DNA from: Bispira polyomma
Taxonomy: Eukaryota
Reading direction: 5' to 3'
Assembly: GCA_965649765.1 (NCBI GenBank)
Contig: OZ287755.1
Span: 14,942,001 to 15,006,000, forward strand
DNA: 64,000 nucleotides
Below, piece after piece: positions 49,401 through 63,149 of this stretch. How positions within the stretch are numbered: position 1 is the stretch's first letter; each line of letters starts with the position of its first letter. The notes beneath the pieces are model-generated. The model was not told the origin of the DNA, did no database searches, and worked only from the letters and a program-made list of their open reading frames with translations. The position numbers were made by a program, and so were the translations under genes.

Positions 49401-51877
49401 CAGATATTACACATGTTAAAATCTTCACTATTTGGGGGGATAAAAAGAAACAACAACATTTTTTTTGTTGTCTTCCAGTGAAATTACTGTTTTCACTGCT
49501 CTCTCAGCATAAATAGAAAGGTGGATTTTATGCACAACAGAAACGCATTGACTGATTAATTTTAAATAAACCATTTACCTTTTGCTGTTATTACATGGGG
49601 AAACAGACTATACTTCATGAAAAGTATATATTAGAACTAGTTTCATAGACAGATTCATACCGCCCCTGTTTTAAATAGTTTTTGGGGCTGCAGCAAATAT
49701 GCAATTAACAACCGACTTTTAACATTGATGTCACAATGTATCCGTGGAGTGAATCCCCTTTACACAACCCTAGATCTGACATTTGACGTTGTTCATTCCA
49801 AGTGGTGTATCTTGTGAGGGATTGTTATTGCCTGCCCATGTGATGGATGCACAGATCAGATATCATTGTGTCCAACTACCACATATTCTATCACTTCAGA
49901 GGCTAATCTCGTCAAAAGATCACAAGCCCGCCGCCATCTGAAAGCAGGGGAATACGCCAAAATGAGTGTAAACCTATTAGACAATAACGATAACCTGACG
50001 TCATTGTAAGACAACAAGGTCAGTGATTGTGACGTCATAATAACTCTGAGGCATGTGTGGGTATTACAACTGTTCTATGCATCTAATATGTGTAAATCAA
50101 CTGTGCTACCAGGACATTTAGGTACTTATGTGTGGGTGTGTTTGTTTTGTTTTTTTGGTTTGTTTATTTTGCTGTGAGGGTATGAATTTTGTGATGATAA
50201 ATATCCACTTTTTTTCGTCCATAAGTTTGGTAATGTCTAGTCTATGTAAATGTCCAGCTATGCATCGATTTTTTTTTTCTTGTTTTGCTAGATTTTATTG
50301 TTATTTATTGGAAATAATATCAGTTACTTTAAAAATCAGTTATTACCTCAACTAAGAGGGTTATGTTTTGTCCTTTATGTCATGTTATGTCAAGGTGTCC
50401 TTTGGTTTGTTGGTTCTGTTTGGTGGTTTTTCAACATAATTACACAAAAACTACTGAACCATTTTGCATGAAGTTTTGTGGATGCATTGGGCATTGCCCA
50501 AAGAGGCTGACATTAAATTCTCCATTTGAATCCCGAAAAAAGGTTGAATTCGGACTTTTTTAGAACTGTGGTATTTTTGTCACAACCTTTATTTGACAAT
50601 AGTGTGTGTCGTATAATGGCTTATAATAGTATAGATACCGCCCAATTGACCTTTAAGGATTTAAAGAGGGGACTTTAGCATCATTGTGCATGGGCCTGAA
50701 TAGCTTGTAATGCATCCATATTACCTTAAATTCATCATGTGAGAATGGAAACTATGCCCCGAATATTCCAAAACAGTGGCTCCTAGAGGACCACCATTTG
50801 TCCTTGAAATTAAATATCTACTTTAATACAATTCTATTCTTGCTTCAAGCTGTGATGGATAAGCAGACTAATACCTTAGCTTGTGTTTACATGCAGCAGA
50901 TAGTGGTCAATGACCAATTCCCATTCTTTCACTTTCTTTGTTTTCATACAGTATTACCATGCACCGACACTGATGGCCGATGATATGAAGGATTGCTCCA
51001 AATAAGCGGTCAAGGTAACGAGGAACAATAGTCTACAGTAAATCGTGTATTATTAAATTATTTTATTGGTAACACAACCGGCCAACTTACACACATTGTA
51101 ACAAAATAATCAGCTGTCTGCAGTCTATTATAGGAAAATATAGGCTTAGTTATAAAACAGTTAAAACTATTGTAAAAGTTACAATTATAAAGGAAAGTCC
51201 AACACAATCCACATGCCATATAACCTGTTCCATTTAGTCCTTTGACTTGTGTTTTTTTTCTTCTCATTGTTTCAAACTAGCATCACAACAAACCATTCGC
51301 TGAATCTGTACATATTTATTAAACTACTATAACTGTGTATGAAATCTTTAGTTTGGTATTAAAACAATTCACATATGTTGTTAAGCTTATGGCTTTGGAA
51401 CATCACTTTTTGTAAATGACATTGGCTTTGGTCTAGTGAAGGAACTGATACATTCCTATGCAAGATTTGGAGGATTATTCAAATGGTAATGGAGTTTCAA
51501 TAGTTCAGCATTATGTGTGAAAGCCTCTGGCCTGGCAGAATAACTGCTACTCTTCCAGGCATGCTCTGAACAAACGTCTACAGGGTTCTTAGGGTAAATT
51601 GCTCCACTCTTCCGGTAAATCTTTTTCTAGTTCAATTAAATTTGAAGGTTTTTAAAACTCAAACATTACCAAAGACGGTACACAAAAGTGCTCAACGGGG
51701 TTGTTAACATTGGGTAAAAATTAGGTAAATCCAATATTTTTACAGTTTCTGTATCAGTTTTTACCATTTTTAACAACACTGTATAGCAATGACGATGTAA
51801 CATACTCATTCAAAATAACACTCTACTTTAGAGATTCACTCAGATGGTCCCTTAAAAGACCTTTCTCTTTTATTAAC

Positions 51878-52440
51878 TGGTCTCCGTGACCTAGGGTTCA
51901 GAGTTTTTGATTTTGAATCATACTCTTAGGTTCGATCCTTACAGCAGGTGTAGAGATTGTATAAGGTACTTCACACAAAGATGTCTTTCTCCATCCGGGT
52001 GTACAAATGGGTAGCTGGCGGCTCTACACTGTATGTGGCTTTGAATTTGGATATTTAACGTCCACTGTAGTACCTTTTAGTAGGTTACATTGGGACGGGT
52101 AGTTGAAAACGCTGGAGGAAACACTGCATACAGTTGATCAAGGTTCTGCACTGAAACCAGCGGCCCACAGTAAGGAACTACCACCTTTCCAACATAGGCA
52201 TCGACGGGATTCGAACTCACGCCGCCCAGAGGTGAGAGACCAATGATTGTGAAGCGCAATGCTTGCTAACCACTAGGCCACCGCGGCCCCCGCACTGTAT
52301 GTGGCAGCATGGCTAGTATATGTTCCCTTATGGAGCTGAGAGTGAACAGTTGATTGACAAGTGGAAAAAGCCAGACTGGGAATGTAATTTAGGCACAGCA
52401 CTATGAGTTACCAAGAGAATGGGCTATATAAATGCAGTGC
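51878..52440 (+). mobile_element. CORE-type SINE with L2-like tail, split by a family-1 SINE
   Basis: tRNA-like head with GGTTCGATCC; CORE-like TTTCTCCATCCGGGTGTACAAATGGGTA; tail GCACTATGAG..GGGCTATATAAAT. Confidence 0.65.
52040..52292 (-). mobile_element. Young SINE (family 1)
   Basis: Full length; 13-bp TSD CACTGTATGTGGC (52027-52039, 52293-52305). Confidence 0.95.
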
Positions 52441-54250
52441 ATGTATATTTTAGTCCTATCCCCAGTGGTCAGGCTAATGAACCTTGGGAATGTTGATGAA
52501 TGATGATCCTCAAGCCTCTCTCCTCAGTGACTTATTCAGAATGAGCAGTTACCGGTGATGGTTGGTTTAACTGGGCAGTTAAAAAAAGTGCTGAGTGTGA
52601 ATGTGCTGAGTATGAATATAAAAAAATAGTGACAAAGTTTGTTCTATGTAATAAAACATGGTATAAACAGTTTATAATTTCAATTAAACCTGTATAGTTT
52701 GCTTGCCATTGGATTAAGGATTTTAAGTAGCAAACAGTGATAAGTTCATTTATCAAATTATCTTTGGAAACAGGTTGATAGGTGATTGCTGCTACATTTG
52801 TCAAGTATGTGTAAACTTTTCTGCAGTTAGAAGTGTTTACTTTGATTGAGAGACTTTGATCAAAAACATTACTACATTTTTAATTGCATACTGCTCATAG
52901 GTAAATGTTATGTTAAACAATGTAAAAAGAATGATTTTGAAGTTTCCATTTATACATTTAAACATATAGTTACAGGTAAATTGAAACTAGAAGAAGAACG
53001 TTTTTCTTAATAAAACGTAAAATCAATTTGGTGACTTTATGTCAGATATGCAGCAATTTTGTTTTAATAGTATAGGTCGTGACTTTTTCCATCATGTAAA
53101 AAGTAAGAAGTTTTTTTTCAAGGTTCATATATCAACAACAGTATCAGTTGTCCAAAACATAAAGCTTCTCTTAGAGGAATTTCATGCTAGAATAGTGCTT
53201 GTTTGTTGAGTATCAGGGTATCAGTTTTCCGAAGGAAATAGCTTCTCTTAAAGGAATTTAAGATGGGACTGTGCCTTGTTCAATGGTTGTTTTGATAATT
53301 GTACAGCTGAAGTCATTTAGTCTGTCAAAATTCAGTTTTCCATTGAACAGCTGTGGTACTCTCCCTATATCCGATGTAAATTATACAGTGCATCAGCTGT
53401 TGTGAGGTATTGAAATAAAAAAAAACTGGACCAAAGTACACAGATTGCTTTACAAGATTTTAAGAGGTGGGAAGGCACCTGCCAGTGTTATAGTTAGGAT
53501 GGAATGGAACATAAGATGAAATACAGGGTTAGGCTTGACATTGACAAGACTACCAAATTAGTCAAACTTTAGGTGCAATTTTATTTATATGAAATATTGG
53601 TCTATATGGGATTTCAGTTTAGTCTTCGTTTTTACATAGTATTTTACCATCACAAAACAGTACTTACAAACTTAAATCTAAGATTATTTCACCATATTTA
53701 TCATTTAACCGTTACACTAGCTGTATTTGTTTAGTTTTCTTCCTCATACCTCAATCACACGAGTACGTTTGGCTTTTCGTTTATTACATTTTTTTAATTT
53801 GATGAACGTAAGGAAACATAAGTAAACAAAGTGAAAATTTGGAAAATGTAATCGTTTCTATCACGTTCTTAACGCATGTTTGTGGTGTAAGCCACATTTC
53901 AACTTTGTTTTAATTATGTTCCACACAATTACTTCATGCATTTGGTATTTTTCGCCCCATTTCTAATATGTTATATCCTTGTCACTTACATCTTATACCT
54001 TAAATACACAAACTTCGTTTCAAAGTCATTTTCATTAAGTTTTATCTTCAATTAAATACGTATCAGTGAAATTGCAAAAAGGTAGCCAGTAGAAAGTATA
54101 TTTTCGTGCTGTTCGAAATGATTCTATGTTTTACTTATGCAAGCAAAGATTTTTTACGTTCAATACACAAAAGTTGTTTCAAATTGGTTTTTATTACGTT
54201 TTACCTTCTGTTTTCTAATTTTTTAGTGTGACCGGGCCATTAGGCCAACA

Positions 54251-54640
54251 AACTGGTTTGAACAGTTGCTTTTAGTAGAATTATTTCATGCTTAAACCGG
54301 TTTTACACACTATATCAGTTTACACTCATGCCATGTTACATTATATATTATGCTCTAATCAAAAATGACAAATATGTCACACTAAAACCTTCTCCATAAA
54401 CCGTTTAGAAATTATTGAAATTTACACAAACATGAAATATTTGTTTCAAGAGTTGTTAACCTCAAGAGCTAATTATTTAGATATGTATGTTACCATGTAT
54501 ACATCTACTTATATATATATGTATTGACCTTGGACTCTTATATCACTAATACATTAAAATTTGTTTTGGCTAATAACAGTAAGTGCTATAAGGTTCACCT
54601 TAAGTATAACTTACTTTTCTGATTGGTTCTTCTGTTAAAT
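54251..54640 (+). repeat. Diverged ~400-bp dispersed repeat, second copy at ~57998-58390
   Basis: Colinear blocks AACTGGT.TGAACAGTTGCT, GACAAATAT, CTTCTCCATAAA, TAAGTGCT.TAAGGTT. Confidence 0.7.
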
Positions 54641-55254
54641 CTTAAAATAAGCACTCATATATACACATAGTTTTCATTTGGCACAAAACTAATACAATAA
54701 GGAGTAAGAAGGTAATGTGATTCATCTTATTTATTACAGTAAATCATGTAATAAATAAAGTCAATTTAATTCAGTTTATAATTGCAAACTTAAAAATTCC
54801 TAGCTCATTTTTCATTAAAAATCCACTCACAAAAAAAAATTAATCTCATGTAAGTACAATTGAGTCCTTCTTAGGACACCAAACCCTTTGTGTACTGATA
54901 CATGAAAGTATTGGGTCAGTGGATGTAAAATGCTTGAGGCACAAGTTGTATATTTTCAACCTCAGAATATTAGAAGATTAAAGGGCCAGAAGTATGAATA
55001 TTATTGGATTGGTTGTATATTTATTTTATTAAGGAAAGTGTTTGTAATCAATTGCATTATAGTTTGTGAATAATTTAGTAATACATACGGAAAGTATTTT
55101 TTTTAATTGTCGAGATAATATCTCCGTAAATCGAGCTAATTAAAAGGATTTAAAAAAAAAATTGTCACAATATTAACTCGATAAATCAAGATAATTATTC
55201 ATCATGGAGAAGAAAAGTGTGTGGGTGGCCAACTGAACAGCCAACATGGAGAAT

Positions 55255-55530
55255 GGCACAAACAGTCATAGGGCCAAAAGTAGTTAATCAGCAAACAGTC
55301 ATGGGGTCAAAAGTAGTTAATCAGGGAAAGACACAAATAGTCATAGATGTCAAAAGTAATAAATTAGGGCAAGACACAAACCGTCATAGAGGTCAAAAGT
55401 CGTTAATTAGGGCCAGACACAAACGGTCATAGAGGTCAAAAGTTGTTAGTCAGCAAACAGTCAAATGGTAAAAAGTAGTTAATCGGGGCAAGACACAACA
55501 GTCATAGCCAAGGTCAAAAGCAGTGAATCA
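55255..55530. repeat. Minisatellite, ~30-42-bp units x7
   Basis: (AGACACA)AACAGTCATAGAGGTCAAAAGTAGTTAATCAG(GGC) repeated. Confidence 0.9.
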
Positions 55531-55921
55531 CCCTTTCAACATGTCAATTTCAGCAAAATTGGTCATTGGTTATTTGTTATTTTATTTACATAACTTTTGT
55601 ACATTGACAAATAAAATATATCATAGACCAAAAAAAAAAAAAGAATTGTCCCTTAATTATCTCGACAGTTCAAAAAAAAAAAAATTTATCGAGATATAGA
55701 GATAACATAACATAAACAATACAAATGTTTGCTTCACCATATTGGAGTGTGGCCAATAAATTCTTTTGGATGCACCTTTTGGTTTTCGGTGGACTTTTGG
55801 GATTTTACTAAATAACTTTGACATGTTATATAGATACTTGACCCTTTCCACCCATATATTGTTGCCTAGCAGGAGACACCCCCAAAAACATTATTTTACA
55901 TTCCCCAGTTCCTCGCAATAA

Positions 55922-56185
55922 GAGGGGCCGTGGTGGCCTAGTGGTTAGCAAGCATTGCGCTTCATAATCACTGGTCTCTCACCTCTGGGCGGCGTGAGTT
56001 CGAATCCTGTCGATGCCTATGTGGGTGGTAGGTGGTAGTTCCTTACTGTGGGCCGTTGGTTTCAGTGCAGAACCTTGATCAACTGTATGCAGTGTTTCCT
56101 CCAGTGTTTCCAACTAATCGTCCCAATATAACCTGAACAGGTACTAGAGTGGACATTAAATATCCCAATTCAAAAAAAAAAAAAA
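55922..56185 (+). mobile_element. Young SINE (family 1)
   Basis: A box, B box GAGTTCGAATCC, poly(A) tail; 12-bp TSD TCCTCGCAATAA (55910-55921, 56186-56197). Confidence 0.95.
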
Positions 56186-59100
56186 TCCTCGCAATAACAA
56201 ATAAAAATATCTGAAATGATTTATTATGCATAAGATTAGAAAGAGAATTTTACATGGTTTTTTTTTAACCAAGTAAAGGCTTAGTCAAAACAAAATCAAT
56301 AAATATATTCAAGAAACTATTGATTGCAATGTAAGACAAAACTATAGTGTTACAGGATAAAATAACTTAAACAATACTACACAAATATTGTTTAAGGGGT
56401 ATCGATAACTTTCCAATCTATAAACTCCAAATGAACGCTGTATAAACCGTTTCAGAAAAAAATTTTAGCAACATTTGATGGTTTAGAAAATATTACTTGA
56501 AAGCTAAAACCATTATAAAAAGCATGAATAATACACCTCAAATATTGTTTTAGTAAACATGAATAAAAGAGAAATAGATAAATTACCAGGTCAGACAAAA
56601 AAAGGGACAAGACTTGTTGGTCACATTTTATTGGGTTTACACTTAAAGGTAACTAGCACCAATAGACAAAGGTCAAGAGAAACCTGATATTTGACTGTGT
56701 GAGGAGGAGGCAATAGAGGAATGAGAAGAAAAAAACTTATGAAAGTAAAAAAAAGTTTTATAAACAACAGAAAAAGCAGCATTGGTACATAATAGTGGGC
56801 TTAATCTAAATATTGAATTTAGATCAAGTGTTAGTAACGGTAATTGGACAGTAGGGAGTGCCTAGCTATTGTTTTTATGCATATAAGCTTTCATAAGTGA
56901 TCAACATATTTGATATTTGGAATGACCCAATAGTGTCAATACTGTTAAAAATTATTTCCAGATAAAAATTTAAAAAAAATATTAACTAGAAAGATGTATG
57001 TTTTACATAATGTATAGACTTTAGACCTAAAGGTAAATAAGACTTTATGAGATAGGCATTAGTTTGGAAAATCAAACTAAAATAGTTTGATAAAAAAGTT
57101 GCAGCAAAACTATGCTACCAGTGTAAATATTTACATGTTTCCTCCAGGGATATTTTTGCTTTGGCTTCTGTTTCTCTAGTTTCAACATTGTTATTCAATA
57201 TCATTAATAACAAAAATTGTAATGCTTTTATAAAGTCTTCTTCTTATCACAAATAGATCTTTCATAATATCGACCTTTGAATATTGGAAGCCAGTAAAAT
57301 GATCCTGGTATTGTTTGCCATCTTTAAGGTGTTCATTCCAAATTTTAAGAGTACCTTTCACAACCTTTTGTGAAATTGTACATTAGATAAATTTTTGGTA
57401 ATTAACACTTACATATTGTATTAATTATTTTGATGTATTGTGTATTTCATATCAGAATAATAAAGAAACTTTATAGTAGACAACAAAATATTGGGGGGGG
57501 AAACTAGACCAAGGTACACAAATTGCATGATAGTCTTTATGGCCAATTTACTTGTCGACAACTGGTAGGAAATGGGTGAATATCGGGGAAAAATAGCAGC
57601 TTAAACCAAGGATAATCAAATGAGTGTGTTCTGTCATAACATTGGTTTATATTGAATTTACGTTTAACAAAAGAGATTATTATACGATGACGTCTAATTG
57701 AATATACATATATGTTTATAATAACATGCTTTTACCTGTGAAAGCTATGTAGGTTATATAAGTTTTAATGGAACTTCTAAAAGGACTTAAACCATCTGTT
57801 TGCACTTATAGAAGTGTCAGTAACATCTAAGAAGACTTGTGATAAAGGTTTCCACAACACCTGAGAGGACTACAACTACCTTTTTGTATTTATAGAGTTT
57901 TGGCAACTTTTAACAGGACCAAAACCACCCTTTTTGTACTTATAGAAGTTTGTACTTCAATTTATTAGAGATTTCAAATGTTTCCTTAACCCCAAGGAAC
58001 TGGTCTGAACAGTTGCTGCTTGAGTAGACTATTTCATAGACCAAAACCCTGTTTCAGATATTCTTTCAGGTTACACTTATACTATGTTAAATTACATACG
58101 TGGCCTTACTATAACACGTTACCAAAAAAAGACAAATATATCAATAGATCAAAACTTCTCCATAAATGGTAAAAGAATTATTTGAAACTTTAAAAACTAA
58201 AATAATATTGTGTTCTCTAGTCTTGACCTTGAGAAAAATATATGTTGCAGTACACACAACTAAATAACAAATATGTTGACCTTAGCCCCAAATAAACCCA
58301 TATATGTAAAATATGTTTTTGATAATAACATTAAGTGCTGTAAGGTTTAGCTTTAGCATAACTCAGTTTTCAGACTGTTTCTGTTCAGTTTAGTTTAAGG
58401 TTTGATAAAGTTACAAAAAATTGCTCCCAGTAATTAATACTGCAAAGATAACAGTTGTATCAGATTAAGTGTTGGTTTGTTTGAGCATGACGACCAACTA
58501 CACATACAGCTATTTTAAAACCTAGCAATCAATCCCTGCAACTATTGATATGTTAGATTTTTTAAGGTGTCCTTCTTTTTCTTGTAATAATGTAGCCTTG
58601 ACATTGTTATTTAGTATCATTTAAAACAGGAATTGTACTACATGAACACATTCTGTTGTAAATCACACATAATTTTTTAACAAACAGGTCTTTAAATATT
58701 AAAGCCAGAAAAATATGTTGATATTGTTGAAGATCTTCAATTTCTCTTATACTATTCACAAAGATCAGATAATTTTTGGTTGTAAAACCTGTACAATCTA
58801 TTTAGATTATATAAGTTATGTGGGAAAATAAACTAAACCCCTGAAGATCTGTTTACAGCCTAAGTTCCACTTTCCAATTTTGAATTGAGAATTCAGTATG
58901 ACGCTGAAGCAATGCGGATCAGAATCGCTAGGATCCAGTTGAGATGACACATTGCCATCGCAATGATTGCACGAAAGTTGAGCTAAGAACACAGCCGTTG
59001 TGCTTATTGCGTGTATCAGTGATCGCCAAATTAGGCACACTATTGTCTCCTATAGAGAATGCAAGCAATATATGTATATTTAACAATTTCGAAAAACAAC

Positions 59101-59605
59101 ACACCAAAACAACATGTTTTTCCCCACATAGCTTAATTCCTATTAACTTTTGCCAGGACCCTGGATTTGTTGAGGGACTATTCTGTCGTTTAACTACAAC
59201 AATGAAGGTCACCCAGTACACAGTGCATACCTCTGTCAATGCACTACAGAGCCAAAAGTGAAAAACACATATTCTTAAGTCCAAAATTTAAAAGATTCTG
59301 CCTTGGCCCATGGTTAATATATCCAGTAAATTCCATGTACATATAGTTTGACTCATAATGCAGGTTGCAAACAAACAAATAAATGTATGTTAACAACAAA
59401 AATCACCTCCTAGGTTGGATTTACAATAAAATAAATACCCTATTTTGCTTAATATGATACTGACGTGATAATGTTAGAATTGAGCTGAGAACGTATTGCG
59501 CATTGCAGTAGTCGAGCAAAAAACATCCCCCTATTGCACTGGCCATGTGTATCAGTCGCCCAGTGATCACCTTTAAGCCAGATTTGACAGTCACATTGTA
59601 ATGAA

Positions 59606-59736
59606 TAATATAGCACTACATTAGAGAGTAGTCCATTTAATATTAGGTTTAATATAGCACTACATTAGAGAGTAGTCCATTTAATATTAGGTTTAATATA
59701 GCACTACATTAGAGAGTAGTCCATTTAATATTAGGT
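59606..59736. repeat. Perfect 44-bp tandem repeat x3
   Basis: TAATATAGCACTACATTAGAGAGTAGTCCATTTAATATTAGGTT at 59606, 59650, 59694. Confidence 0.97.
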
Positions 59737-60064
59737 ATAGTAAGCTATAGATTTTGTCTTATCCACAATATTTCATTCTGCATTATATAAGATACCAGAC
59801 TAGAATCTCAGTTAATTTGCTCCTAAATCTATATTGGGTACCACCCAACCTTGACTGTTAATATGTATTTTGGTGCTAGCTAGCAAACACGTCACAAATA
59901 ACCTTGATTGTTAATATATGAAAATAAACAAATTTTATTCAGGCCATATAGTTCCATTTCTCGCTTACCTGTACACCACCCTTTATTTATATGGCAAACT
60001 TGATAATATTTAATGCGTTAAAAATTTCAACTCTATGGTAGTCACTATGAAATTCAACTTCAAT

Positions 60065-60287
60065 TTGAGTGTATTTGGGCTTTACGTCACTTTCAATAGC
60101 TTAGGTCATATCACGATGACCAGATTTAATGGTAGAAAGAATTGGTGCTAAAGTCACTGTAAACCGCCTACTGCAAATACCTGACAAACTTTCCCACATA
60201 AATGAACAAACATGATTCAAACCCACATTGCCAAGAGGTCAGTGATAATGAAGCTGAGACTTTTAACCAATGGGCCACTGTGGCCTC
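60065..60287 (-). mobile_element. Old SINE (family 2)
   Basis: Minus strand: GGCCACAGTGGCCCATTGGTTA..ATGTGGGAAAGTTTGTCAGGTA..GATATGACCTAAGCTATTGAAAGTGACGTAAA. Confidence 0.8.
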
Positions 60288-63149
60288 AGATAGTTACCAC
60301 AAAGAGACAATTGTATGTTAATTACAAAAAGCAAACAAGACCTGTCTTTTTAAGAAGACATAAATGCACATTGTAATAAACACTAACGTTGATATGGCCA
60401 TTATATACTCAGACCTGCTTGGCACCTCTACAAATATTAATCTGACATCCCTTAGTTTGGATGGGTTGATTGCTTTCAACCAATCCATTAAGGCCTTACA
60501 TATCATGTCTAAGATGGCGGCGCCTTTTTAAAGATAGCAGTGCCATTTTCATCATGAAAACAATGTCAGGCTACGCCTGATCAACAATAAAGTAGACCAT
60601 AATAATTCCATCATCAGTACATAATACTTGTCTATGACTTACAGATCTAATAGCTACAATTTAAATTATGTCTTTTGGACACAGTGGCATTCCGTAGTAA
60701 CAAAAAACAAGGTCTAAATATCAAGTGGATGCCAATTACACCCTCAAGGTCTCAACCATGAATACAATCTATCCAAAGGTCTTAAAACACTTAAACTCTG
60801 GATTAAACTCTTCATTATCACACACATAGTTCTTTCTGATCTATGTCATGATCATAGATCTTTAATGAATAGAGTTTTCAGCCAGAAAACTGAAATATGC
60901 ATTAAAAATTGAGATACATTTATTGCACACAACGCTACAGGAGGACAGGTTTTGAGTTTATGGTGAGTTTAAGGTTAAGACTTGGTGAGTTTAAGTTTGA
61001 AGACGTACGATAAATAAGGGACGCTGAAGGTTGTAGATCACCGTACAGTCTTTGATCCCTGATGGAGATGTCATTTTTCGAGTGAACCGAAGTGTTATGA
61101 TTGCCTAGTTGTGGATGCTTATCCTTGAAATAGGGGGTTATTTATCATAAATAACAGGAATTTGTGAGGAAGGGTGGAAAAATAGGAAGAGAAATAGTGA
61201 AGGTATTTAACCTCAATTGAGTATAAATGTTTTTTCCACATTTTCCCCTCCGGTTCATTCCATTGAAACAGCTTTGATGAGTTCAGTCAGTATTGTAATG
61301 ACCAAGAAGTGGAAGATTTATCCACTAAGTAAGTATATTGTGAAAAGAAAAAGAACTGTTTGCATTAAGAGATTACACTGCTTTCCTGGTAACATGACAA
61401 AATACACGCCTCTTTATTGTAATTCAATTAACCCGGTTTAAATGTGGGGTTTTTTTTCATACTCCAAAGAGGTTGTGTTTTCTTCATATGTCCATTTGGT
61501 TGCAGTCTTATAATACAATTCTTAGAATTTTGTTAATCTCAGCCAATCAAATTCTTTGAAACAATATTTTCAGCCAACCAAAATGTTTTAAACAAAATTT
61601 AAGACTAAGACGGTTTGTAAGTACCCCAGGTTTACACAAAAAAAAAATCTGCTAAATCATTTTACATGAAATGTTTTGGTTAAAATGTGGCACATACCCT
61701 GCTGCTCATTTTTTCTTCAATACCTTAAGAGAGGACAAAGTCTTTATTTTTTCATCTGTAAAACCTACCAATCGGCTGGATCTAGAGCTTTTTCAATCGC
61801 TGGCCCAATGTTATGAGACAGTCTCCCTGTTGACCTTACATCACTAAAAATACTTTTTGGTTTTAGGAGCAAACTTAAAACCTGTCACTTCAAACCCCAC
61901 ACTTCATTCCTTACAACGGTGGCTATGTTCTCGAAACTTTCTTCATTGGTTAATTGATTCTGTTGTTGCACTTTAAATGTTCCTTGCATCAATAAGGCAT
62001 GTTAAAAATGCAAAATCCAGTAAATACAATATATATTCCACAGACCTGGTATTTTAATAATAGCCTATATATTATAATATTACATACACCCCATTTATAT
62101 GACCTCTGTATACCTCACTAGTGTAACATTTGATCACAATATAACAGGTGTTCACAGCCGATTAGGCACGACATAAATAAACTTGCATTATAGCACAATA
62201 GGTTGCACTCCCACACTGCTCTCGCCAAATTGCTTAGCAATAACATTATGGTCCATGGTACATATCCCCATAGCTTACAGACTGAAGCTATCCCTCTAAT
62301 ATGTATATTTATAGACAGATTGCCAACTATTGGAGACAATTTATATTCATAGACCAACTTATTGTGTCTAGACAAATCATTGCACAAAGACAAAAGATTT
62401 TTGTGTGGAGAATTCCACCCTGTTTCTGAAACTATCTTAACCCCACCAATTCAGGCCCTTATTATAGAGTATAAATGACTACAGAAAGAAGACACTGCTT
62501 TGATCGGCACTTTCTGATGTCGGCCATATATCATCCCAATAAAAGACAGAATTATTTATTGATATATTTTTGGGGCAATTTTTCTCACAATTTAATCCCA
62601 TGCCTATAGAAGACTATAGCTATTTTGTCTTTGCTGTGAAATTACTACTAAAAAGGTATGAGATCCCCCCATAATGGAAGCCGCGGGACTGAAGCTGCAA
62701 AATTTTCAAATTGGTTTTCCATGGTAATGTTTTCTTGCTTTTGATTTTAGGTTTCAAATTGACCTTCATTAGATCTAATGGGTCCACATGGGTAATTATT
62801 TAACAACAAACGTCAGCCTATCAGAAATAACGAGACAAATAACGATAATGTCACAACAAAGATGGCCACTCTGTATGCAAAGTGGGTGAAGTTCCGTTTT
62901 TTTTTTTTTTTATAGAAACTGTGTATATGTAGAGATCATAGCATACTTTTAACTACACCTCCAAAAAGGTAGAATCTTTCAAAATAAAGAATAACCTGAC
63001 TTTTATTAAACTATATGGTGTTTTGATACGCATACAACACAACATAAAATGACACAAACACATTTATAGTACTGTAAACATTTTTCTCTGTAATTGGCAT
63101 TAATTTGTTTACATGCTTTAATGAATTTTGTTCCTGGAAACGAAGTACT

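Noticed and set aside
34370-59736. Tandem arrays (34.4 kb, 55.3 kb, 59.6 kb) as CRISPR
   Set aside because: No unique spacers, no cas genes, eukaryotic context.
62118-62425. Possible RT remnant (KQGGIL...NDL...LLYCDQ) on minus strand
   Set aside because: Motifs lie in different frames and are too degenerate to support without a profile search.
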